From Epiperipatus broadwayi (Eukaryota > Animalia > Onychophora): a stretch of 64,000 nt of DNA. Location of the stretch: contig JAQFVV010000002.1 of the NCBI GenBank assembly GCA_028023455.1, positions 14,012,001 to 14,076,000 on the forward strand, read 5' to 3'. Within the stretch, counting starts at the first letter, position 1; each line of letters opens with the position of its first letter. This document shows, piece by piece, positions 1 to 10,853 of this stretch. A program made the position numbers and the translations under genes. The notes under the pieces are model-generated. The model saw only the letters and a list, made by a program, of their open reading frames with translations, did no database searches and was not told the DNA's origin.

Positions 1-1130
1 TTGAAAGTCGATTGTTTTTATGCAGAATGTTAATAGTTCCATTATACTATCAATTGGAAGAGTTTTTCTGGTTTGTAAGCTATTATTATCATTTAATCGT
101 TTTCTTACAATAGACAATGTTTCTTCACATGATACATTTGTGAATAAACTTTCCACATCAAAGTTTACCTGTAAGCCAGGTTTTTCAGTTTTCATATTTT
201 TAATTAATTCTAATGTCTAGAACTAACAATAGGTCTTAATGGAACATGATCCTTAATGGTCTTTAGGTAGACCATAAAGATGAGAATTTTGCTGAAATAT
301 ATTATTTTACTTTTTTCCGAATCACTGAAGTACCTGTGGTGCTTTCTGAGTAATGCTTGTAACTTTTTTGCCATTTTTCTGTATTGGCCTGCTGTGAGTT
401 CTTGTATTTTGTTGTCATAATCAGGTGTATCTATTACTACTATTGCAGTGTCTTTGTCAACAGGGAGAAAAATTATAGATTTATCTACTTTGAGAGATTT
501 AATTGCTTTCCTCTCATTATAGGATATGTTTGACTTCAATTTTTGTTGCTTGTCAAGTGTTTTTTTTTATTCTCCAGCATAATTCTCCTGCTTCTAAAGG
601 CAATTTTTAAGTGACTTCCTTGGTGGTTGCCATTATATCTAATAAAGGGATATCAGACGGTATTATGGTAAAGTTTAATCCTTTTTCAAGAACAGAAATT
701 TTAGTATCTATTAGATGTTTATAACTGAGATTTTTAATAGATGAAGCTGGTACACTGCTTGGTACATTATGATTTTTGATATACTCATGTAAGTTAGCAA
801 GTTACTTCTTTTGACATTCTTTATTTTTCCATGTAATATAGAATATGATTTTCTTACTGCTTTAGAAACTCTTGTCAAGTCTTCATCAGTAAGTTTATTT
901 TTTTAGAAAACATTCTATATTATTAATGGAATGCAAGATTTGATAAACCTTTGAGCATTTATTCTTTCTCTTAACAGAGTTTTACTTGCTCACTAAATAA
1001 TTTTCTCATCTCTGAGAGTGAATTGGTTTTAGTTATAAACCTTTACGAATTATTCCTTCAGATTTACATTTACTAATAGTTGAATGTATTTGGAATAATT
1101 AAATAACGTTAAATTTTTCTAAAGACATTC
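1..1130 (-). mobile_element. Penelope-like element (PLE) relic, RT N-terminal region, frameshifted
   Basis: Minus-strand peptides NISYNERKAIKSLKVDKSIIFLPVDKDTAIVVID, HVPLRPIVSS and NFDVESLFTNVS match the PLE RT motifs (LPADKG, PLRPIVS, FDVxSLFTNVP). The right boundary is approximate. Confidence 0.85.
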
Positions 1131-1601
1131 ATTACTTATATTAGATAATGGAAATAGTCCAATATATAAATACAACTAAAACACTATTATCACAAACCTT
1201 CAGGAAAATGTAATGTTTATGTATTATATATAAATATAAATAGCTAACAGGATAGCAACATTTTCATGTATTTTATATATGCATGCTTGTTAGTTGTATT
1301 TTTTTTTTACATTCTTAAACTGAACATCATTTCAGTTATACTTCTAAATATTTGTAAATTTATTAATCATAATCTTGTGTATGTCTATATATACACATTA
1401 TTCATTGTTAAGAGATATGACTAAACACTGATATTTTTGACAGATATGTGAAACAAATGTGCCAACAGCATTTGGAATAGCCTTTTTTTTTTTTTACAAT
1501 TTACAATACTCAAAAATAATTTTTCTAATATATTCTAAATTATTGTTAGTGCTTTTATGAATGATTAATTAGTTCAAATAGTTTTACTATCTACTCTTCA
1601 G

Positions 1602-1791
1602 GTTAATATGCCGGCAGATAGTTTTGAGTCACCTTTAACCTTGGCTGCTTGTGGAGGTCATGTGGAGTTAGCTATGCTTCTTTTAGAACGTGGAGCTAAT
1701 ATTGAGGAAGTTAATGATGAAGGTTATACTCCTCTGATGGAAGCTGCTCGTGAAGGTCATGAAGAAATGGTTGCATTGTTATTAAGCCAAG
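1602..1791 (+). CDS. ANKHD1: ANKHD1/mask coding exon A (ankyrin repeats), VNMPADSFESPLTLAACGGH...EEMVALLLSQ(G)
   Basis: Acceptor ttcag ends 1601 (phase 0); donor gtttgt starts 1792 (phase 1). The peptide is near-identical to the first ankyrin cluster of ANKHD1/ANKRD17/Mask as I recall it. G1791 plus GT at 42237-42238 forms the Gly codon. Confidence 0.97.
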
Positions 1792-1921
1792 GTTTGTCTA
1801 AAGTTTTAAAATTGCAAACATTTTAATTTCTAACAAGTCAAAAATATTTTATAACTTATTACATTTAATATGTAGTGAAAAATTTTTTTAATTTGAAATG
1901 TTATACATTATTTAATGTTAT

Positions 1922-1955
1922 TTAAACAGGCAAAACTCTCTATACGTATTGCCAT
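1922..1955. repeat. Single terminal-repeat copy of the inverted-repeat family seen at 60957-61156
   Basis: ttaaacaggcaaaactctctatacgtattgcca resembles ttaaaacaggcaaactctccatacagtagtgcca at 60953-60986. Confidence 0.65.
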
Positions 1956-3273
1956 GTATTATTGATCATGTGATATTTATTATTTAATGTTATAATGCTT
2001 GTGAAGTAATGAGTTGGAATGTATGGAATGGAATTATTTTTTTTATTATAATTTATAATGTCTTCTATTGTAATAATATTTGATTGCTTGGGATTTATTT
2101 TAAGATAAATATAAAAACATTTCTGTTGAATATATTTCAATTTATTAATTATATACTATGATTATACTTGTCTATTGTTTATGAAACTAGATTATTAAAG
2201 TAATGAAACTAGTATTTTGGTGCAAAATTTTATAATATTTGGAGGAACGGTGGTCAAGATATGAATATAATATTGTTATAAATGTGGTTGCTTTTCTATT
2301 AATTTTGGAATCTAATTAAAAGTAATTCTATTCTTTATGGGTATAATTCATAGGATGTAATTTTAAGGCTAATTTAGTGTAAGTACTTAATATCATTTTA
2401 TTCATATTTATGGTTCATTGCATGCATTGAAATTTATTTCCATAATCCACCTCAAAAATAAATTTGTGTTGAAATCTCTTGTATCCATTTCTTTTATACA
2501 AAATTATTGCTTGAAAAACTTTGTTTTTTGTCTTGTTTTTGATTCTAAATTGTTTTCTAAAACTGCATTAATATTTATTTCTTATATTTCTATTAATTAG
2601 CCATTATATGCCACATAAATATTAGCTTTACTATTTGATAGGTTACTTTGTTGATATTCATACAGTATAAAAAGATGATTATTGAATTAGTTACTTACAT
2701 AATAAAATTCCAAACTTGTCTTTTTATGTCAATTTTATTCCTAAATTATAAAAATATTTTCAATTCACAATTGAAATATTTTTTTTTTTTTAATTTAATG
2801 GCATTTGGTCTTTTAGATTTAATTTATCTTATTCATTTGGGTAAAAAGGTCCTTTAATATATTTCTATTATATGTATCTTTTGAAATAAAAATAATTTTT
2901 TAAAGCATTTTCAGTGATATTTATTTAAAATTAATGAAAGCACTTATTTGAATATTTTTTTTCAGAAAATTTAGAATAATAGAAATGTATTTTTAAAAAA
3001 GTCAAATTAATAAGTGCTAAATATGTAGCAAAAAAAAAAAGTAAGAGAGAATTTGAATTGAAAACTATAGTTCAATGAATGACTCCTGCCAAAAAAAAAT
3101 TAGTATTCAGGCCTGTTCTTTTTATAAAAATTAAAGCTAGACCTTAAATTAAAATTGAATATTACACAGGGAAATCTGTATGGATCAATTACAGCTTAGA
3201 AAGTTATCATTCTTTATTAGTTTACATCACATTACGTGTTCTCCATTTTCTATGCTTACATAAGCTGTTAATG

Positions 3274-3332
3274 TATAGCAGACTCTCCATACAGTTGTGA
3301 GTGGCACTACTGCATGGAGAGTTTGCTACTAT
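3274..3332. repeat. Collapsed ~60-nt hairpin copy of the same family
   Basis: tatagcagactctccatacagt...actgcatggagagtttgctactata; both arms match the family terminal repeat. Confidence 0.7.
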
Positions 3333-4532
3333 ATTCTTTATTAGTTTTTGATATTTTTCTTTTACTTATATTCCTATTTTTTAAAGCAGGTTTTTTGAAA
3401 TTACAAGTTGAAAATGTGGATATGGGGGGAGGCAGTCTGTAATTCAAAATTTATAATAATCATGATAGTGGCAATATAAAGAACTGTAAGACCAAAAACA
3501 TCCATATCAAGAGCAAATGACAATATTTAATAATTTTTTTTTTTTTTAATTTCAACACCAGGGTATTTAACTCTCATTTTATTTCCATAATTACTTGTTT
3601 TCTTTATATTTGGTTGTATTTTTTCATCTCTTTTATTTCACATTTATTTCATTTTAATTTAGTATTCTTTTAATCATTTCATTTGACTTCATGATTTTAT
3701 TCATAAACATATTTTCCCTATGCTAAATCATTTCCAGTACTGCAAAATACCATCCACAATTTACATAATAATTTAAAAATCAATTACTGTATTGTTGATT
3801 TATATATATAATAGAATGTATATAACAGTACAGTACTAATCAAGAAAAAAACAAAATAAAAATTTTATTAAAATTCTTCCACAACCATGGTTTCATCTAT
3901 ATAATAGACCTGTTTCAAGTAAAATTCAGCAAAACTACAGCATATATATATATATACAAACAAAATAGCTTTCACTTCATTCACTTTATTCTAACAATAA
4001 ATACATGTTATTAAAAAAATATTTTAACACCCTTAAGTTATCATGGAGTGTAAAACCATCTCGGCGAGATATTCCTATTAATATGCAAAAATTATTGTGT
4101 TTATATATATATTTGAATTCAACCAAGGTGATATGATATATATAAAAATGAAATTGATTAGTTGAGTTATAAAAAAAAAAAAGAAAAAAATCAGGAAATC
4201 TCTCATTAAAAAAAAAAATCTTTTTTATTCATTGGAATATAATAACAATCAAGACAGGCAAAAACATTTTTTTAAATATGTAGAATCACAAGTTGATTAT
4301 ATTATGCATGGATTTAATTTATATTTATGGATTTGATTCAAGTTACAAGTTTTTAGTTTGCATTTCACAAAGATATATATTGCCAAAAATTTAAACTCCA
4401 TAAAAAAAGCAATGTAAAGTTAAAAAAGTATGGTCATTATCATCAAATTAAACAACAAAGAACTTAGATGTTTTGTAGTTAATAATATTATACTATTTTT
4501 TACAATCAATAATTTATTTTTGACTTGACAAA

Positions 4533-4710
4533 ACCAAGCTTTCTTGTAGTTTCCAGCAGTTGTCTTCAGAACTATAATATATATGAACATATAAACATTT
4601 CAGCTGACTAAACAGTGTTCATCAGAGCTCTCTTATATAATGCATATGAGCACATAAACATATTTATGTTCATGTGTTTATATACATTATAGATCTGAAG
4701 AAGATGTCAG
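4533..4710. repeat. Fold-back PLE-like terminal-repeat fragments with degenerate hammerhead cores
   Basis: Inverted tatag(t/a)tctgaaga termini at 4563-4576 and 4687-4701; CTGATGA...GAAA and CTGAAGA...GAAAC on the minus strand; the same terminus recurs at 62545-62561. Confidence 0.5.
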
Positions 4711-5660
4711 TCAAAATTGTAAGAAGAATGGAAAATATACTTGAATTTCTAAATTAAAAATTATGATTTTGTGCATATGTAATATTATTTAATTATGTCA
4801 ATAATCAAAAAAAAAAAGATGATGAAATTTATGCTAGATCCACCTATTCACATATAAATATTAGATCTCATCAATAATTTGTCTCGTGTTTATTTAGAAT
4901 AATATTGAGAATTATAATTTGAAAATATATACCAATATATATATTATCTGCTTAAATATGTATAATTTCATTTTCTGAAAATATAATTGTTAAATAATTA
5001 ACATATTTTTTTTTTAATTTTTGTAATTGCTTATAAATGATCACATGGATTCTACATTTATTAATTGAGAAATTTGGGGCTAAACAATTAAAAAAATAAG
5101 TAGTTTAGAAAAACATTGTTAAAAATTTATTTTCCATATTTACAAAAATGCCATTGGTAAAGCTTATTAACTAAAAATAAAATCGCTTATTAGATGTATG
5201 AATAATTTGTAAGATTTTTTTTTACTAATTTGCATAAAAGATGAAGTAACATCAAATGTTTAAAATTAGACATTTTAGGTAATCTTGATTGAATTAGCTA
5301 AACATAATACAATAATCCTCAGTTTTATTAAAGCCATGGCTATATGAATTTTTCTTTTTCTTTATTTATATAGAACCTCTCTTATTTTATTTATTTTGCT
5401 GGAGATGAAATTCCATTTCTGATTTCATTCTATTTTAAAGTGATAAACAATGTTAAACAATATATTTTTTGGTACTGTTATATTAGTGTGTTGAATCCCC
5501 TTGATGGTGTTGATCCCATCAAAGCATATAAATATGCTGTTTAGTGGGCTGCAATCAAACCAAATAGCCACAACTTTTTTTTTTCTGTTGTAACTAACGG
5601 CTTGCTTTGTCTTGCGCAGTTTGTGTGAGTGCACACAATACTAATTTTTAGCAATATTAA

Positions 5661-6749
5661 CACTTCGCTACCGTACCATTTCAGGGTGGGTGGATTTAAA
5701 GTTTGCACAATTATTGTAATCTACATTCAAAAGTAATTACGGTACAACTTACATAACACAGTATTAAAAAGTAATAATTGTAAGCCCATTACCCAGCTTC
5801 TGAACCCAACATGTAAGGTGTAAATAATTAGAAAAGCTTACAGGAAACCACAGTTTCACTGTTCTCCTGAAAAAAAGTCACAGTTCACAGTATGAGAATT
5901 AAAATGTCTGACTGTAAAATTTCTTGTAGTTATATCCAGAGAAAAAAAAAAAATTGTAAAAATAATTCATTTTTTAATCTTAAAAAAAAAAAAAAGAAAG
6001 AAAATCAATCGATTTGGAAAATTATTAATCATTATTAATAGGTGGACCATTAATGTTATCTACATACCTTAGTCACATATTCTTTCCAAAGATAGCTATT
6101 GGAATAAATAAAGATTAATTTTCCTTTTCAAAAATGATCAAAAAAAAAAAAGAGTCAAATACAGTTCAGTAATTAAAGCATTCTCATTTCTTTCACCACG
6201 ATGTAGTTAGTTATCTGTCAAGCAACGATAGCAGACTTTTCAAAGTTTTGTGCGTGCGTGGGGGGGGGGGGATTTTGCCAGTGCAAAGCGCTGGGGTACA
6301 CAAAGAAATTCTACTAGAAAAGAATATATGCAATAATGTTTGTTAATTGATAAGTTTTAATTCTTGTGGTATGAAAAGGCATACCATCTTCCCCCCCCCC
6401 CTACATTGCAGGACTAAGATGAAATCTGTAGGCACTTGTTAAAGGTTTACATTTATCATCGTAAAATTGTTAATTGAATAAATTTGACAGTAATTTATAA
6501 AGGAAATCAATCAATGAATTATGTTAAGCCATATGATAAAATGTCTTGAGTGTAAAAAATTTCTCGTAGTTATATCCAGAGACAAAAAGAAATTGTAAAA
6601 AGAATTACAGTAATTTATTAAGGAAAATAAATGAATTATGTTAACCCGTACGATTATTTTTAATATTTCATAAATAAGGTGGTGGGCCTGGTAATGTTAT
6701 ATTTTTGTGCGTTTTCATAGAAACAACGCCATCAAGCAGTATCAACATG
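5661..6749. mobile_element. Degraded TTAA-flanked (piggyBac-like) non-autonomous element
   Basis: TTAA|cacttcgctaccg on the left; cagtatcaacatg|ctaa on the right (11/17 match, with CpG-type changes); ~57-bp internal direct repeats at 5912-5968 and 6551-6608. Confidence 0.35.
6278..6317 (+). mobile_element. Helitron-like 3' terminus
   Basis: GC hairpin ccagtgc-aaa-gcgctgg followed by CTAG about 19 nt later; the spacing is longer than typical and the next base is not T. Confidence 0.35.
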
Positions 6750-8020
6750 CTAATAAGACAGTATCTATTTTTTAGTTAAGTTTTTTAATTTTTATATAGG
6801 CTAATTTTGAAATCATAACAACCTCACTCCATATCTTATAATATTGTACTTTTATCTGAAATTTAAAATGCATAAATTATGAACAGAATAATCTACTATA
6901 GGCAAACCATAGTTAAAATTGTCAAAATAAGAGTCATAGATCACATGACTCTATTCTCTTAAGCTTGTAAGTTATAAACAATGAGGATTGCCAATTCCTC
7001 AACAAGCTTTGTGATAAATGCTTAGCCAGAGAAAGCATTTAAAATATCTGTCAGGAACCCCCCCCCCAACCTCTGACCATGGTTTCGTGCCTTGGCACTC
7101 CTCAGAGAGGTGCCAGGGTAGGTTCAGACACTAGATCTCTTTTGTTTGTGAATTATTTATTTTACAAAACATTATTACACATTTATTTTTTCTGTATATA
7201 TATATTAGATATTTTATCACATTGATTCTTTCATAAAATAATTTAGCATGTTATAGTTATAAAAAAGCATCATGATTCTTTTTTTGAATTTGTAGTATGA
7301 AAAATAGTAAATAAAATTTTATAAGTTATTGTACATCCATTTTGCTGTTAATTGGAATGACACTCTTTGATTTCTCTTGGAAATCTTAAAGGAATGAAGC
7401 AGGGCAATTTTCTAATGTCCATTCCATAAGTTCTTGTCGTTGCAGCACGCATTAGTCAATATGATGAGTTTATTGGCATTTTACCTCAGAGTTTAAGATC
7501 AAGAAACACCATGGTCTTTCTTCTCAGTTGCCTGATAGCTTTTAACTGAAATATCAGTCTAGTTTTCTTGAAGGCAGACTGAATGTGTATGTAAATGAAA
7601 TTTTTTTTCTTTCTAATAAATATTTACAATTATGACAGACAAAATAAATCATGGCCTTTATTTCCAAGAGACTGTAAAGTTACCAGCCAAGGCAGGCTGC
7701 CATTTGATGACTGCCTTTTATTTACATCTGCAAATCATTTTCAAATTAAGAAATATTGCAAGAATTGAAAGAACTATCTAATATTAGATAGGATAGTATG
7801 GGACATTGTAAATATAGAAGAAAAGTTGAAGAGTCAATTGATTTAAAACGGATATGTATTATACTACAAAGCGCAAAAATTGGAAGTACAAGCGGAATAG
7901 GATTCATTGGAAATAAAAAGAGAAGAACAGCAGTGTGAGATTAATAGTATATTGGTTAGAGTGGCAAGATTAGTTATTCAACTTAATAGCAGATATCAAA
8001 TGCAGACAATTCAGATTTAT

Positions 8021-8239
8021 TACTATAATGGTCAAATATTCAATACAATTTATTTGTTTATAATGTTGCCATAAATAAATAATTAATCAAAATAAGATTG
8101 AAATAAACAACTATTAATGACTATATTATAATATTTATTGAACTGGCTTTCATTTCCGCTAAATGAAAGCTGGTTCGATAAATATTATAATATAACTCTT
8201 AATAGTTGTTTATTTCAATCTTATTTTGATTGATTATTT
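8021..8239. repeat. 219-bp insertion containing a ~79-bp-stem hairpin, 13-bp TSD
   Basis: TSD aattcag(a/g)tttat at 8008-8020 and 8240-8252; arms 8077-8155 and 8161-8239; splits the RTE IQIY/APT motif. Confidence 0.85.
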
Positions 8240-8668
8240 AATTCAGGTTTATACCCAACAAATTCTCATTGAGATGAAGAAGTAGAGGATTTTTATACGG
8301 ATGTACAAAAGGCTTTTGATAAGACCAAACAACATTTTAAAATTGTCACAGGAGATTTTAATGCTAGAATTGGTAAACAATTGAAAGATGGAAGTGCTGT
8401 AGATAAATTTGGTTATGATGATTGATAGAAACGAGAGAGAACATAGGCTTGTGGAGTTTGCAGAAAAAGAAAAACTTGATATTATATATTCTTTTTTGAG
8501 AAAAATGTTAAATGAAAATAGACATGGAAGCATCCAAATAAAAGTACAGCAGAATTGGATTACATTTTCACTTACAGGAAATGTGTATTTCAAGATTAGC
8601 AGTGTTCTTAATAAATTCAACACAAGAAGTGATCATCAATTAGTGAGATGTATAATACACATTGATGC

Positions 8669-10853
8669 TGTAACGAGCACAGACGTTCGTTACATTGTTT
8701 TTTTTTTTATATTTATTAAACATGAAAGTAAATTAAAAAGTTCGTATTTAAAAATTTTCTTTAAGAATTAAAAATTGAAACTAAATATCTTAAACTCGTA
8801 TATATTAAATCGCACAGATAAAAAAAATTATTAAAATAAAACTGTATTAAAAATAGAAAAGGTATTTTAAAAACAAAAACTTAAAAAGATTTAGAGATAA
8901 AAATATATCTTTAATCTTGAAAAACACAGAAATTAATCAGAAATGGAAATGATTGTTAATTAGTTAAATGTAAACCAGCCTTGGGCATTTAAATGTAAAA
9001 ACATCGGTCAGATAGGAAAACAATAGAAACAAATAGCCAATGAAAGAAATCCATCGGGAAATCGGACCTCAGCGAAAGGATCATCACATCGATGACATAA
9101 TGCCAAGTCAATCCTTCGAATACGTATAAAAGGAAAATTTGGAAATTATTAATTAGTGATTGGTAATTGATTATTACGATGTGACTATATGTATTAGTAC
9201 GGAGTTGGATGTGAAGGGATTGACAGACGCACTGTCAATTCTTTCAGCTGTTAAAGAAAGGAGAAATGAACTATCATTTTCTACATTGAGGACCAATTAA
9301 ACTAAAAAACCTCCGAATGAATAAATAAAACAACGGCTAAATGGATACCAATCTTTTGAGGACGGCGGGGGAATTCACGTTCATGGCAAGTAACGGATAA
9401 AGATGAACTGTTGTAAACCGTAAGAACTTTATAAATAATGAACATTAAATTAAAACTTTCCATATTTAAATGATTGCAATATTATCCTATCTGACCAACG
9501 TTATTTATTAATTAGTTATAATTTTATTTAATGTAATTATTTTGTAAAATCATTTCCATTTATTTATTTTTTGTTCTTTAAGTTTTATTATGATTTCTGT
9601 TTTCCGTTAAGTTAAATGATATAAATGTTAAACTTAAGTCGGGCGTGAATGGCTGTATAGATTTGTAAAGTTATATTAAGGGAGGGTAATCTTAGGTTAT
9701 TTGTGTCGTTGTTAGATTGGGTCAATGGATTGGATATATTGATGTAGCTAGTAGATGTAGTCGGAGATTCGCTACTGGCAGAATCGTTTATATATACGCC
9801 GCACTCACCCGTTTGCCTATGGAAGGAATTATAAGACGGAGAACGCAGTTCCTTTCTATGGAGTTTTTTTTTTTATTGTTCTCGTTAGATAGATGTAATA
9901 TGCCTATCTGATGAGAGTCAATGTCTTCTCTTAATCTTTTTGGTGCTGCCGTATTCCTTATTACATTGAATACATCGATGTATCAGATGAATTGATGCCA
10001 GTTTGACTGCGAATTTTAGCCTAAGGTTAAATAGGGATAGAATATTTTATTTTCAAATGCAAATCTATGTAGTCTATTCATACTTGACCCTAAATAAAAA
10101 TGCATTAAATTTAAGTTGTTTATAGACGCTTGCATGGATTGGTTATCGGTTAGGTATGTTTTGGATTTCATATTTGGTCAAAATATATAGACATTCGATA
10201 AATAATGATACCTTACTGGTATCTAAAATGTATTTATTCGGATGTCTTTTAAGTTATTGATGACAATGCAAGTATCTTATGGTGAGAATACTATTGGGTT
10301 ACGTATAAATTTCCCTGCGCAATTGTCAGTAATCAATAATTTTGTATTTTGATCGTTTATGTTTATTTTGAAATGTTTTTGACCGTGAAATCTATGTAAC
10401 CGATCTATATTCAACATTATAAACAAGCTTTCATAAATTTATCTGTGCGAACTTAATTAAAATGTAAAATTAGAATATAATAGTAATTAAATGTAAATTA
10501 AAGTCAAAAATCAAAGTTAAAAATGTAGGTTAAAGTTTGAAATGTAAAACTAATACTAAAATAATTTTAAATCTTATATATATGTGAAATAAATAAATGT
10601 TTGTGTGTTAATTACTGGCAGTGGCTTATTTTATTCTTTTTTTATATACTCTTAGAGTATATTATTAAATCTCTGCTATTCCACTGAGCTAGTGACATGG
10701 GCTAACGACCGGAATCAAAATTTAAAAAAAAAAAATTTTTTTTTTTTTTTTGACTTACGTACCTGCCTACTCAATAAATTTTTCTAGGTTCAAATGCCTA
10801 GATGGCGCCCTGTAGTGCAGTTTACGTAAGTCTACATTCTCCGGATCGTTACA
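8669..10853 (+). mobile_element. 2,185-bp solo LTR (Gypsy, possibly Osvaldo/Ulysses-like)
   Basis: TGTAACG...CGTTACA termini; 4-bp TSD ATGC (8665-8668, 10854-10857); the RTE frame rejoins across it (CIIHID|AKLQRQK); TATAAAAGG at 9125-9133; AATAAA at 9320-9325; CpG-rich, no ORF. Confidence 0.85.

Noticed and set aside
1792-1826. ORF-track extensions of exons into introns (also 42429-42460 and 53158-53187)
   Set aside because: Read-through past GT donors; the homologous peptide continues in the next exon.
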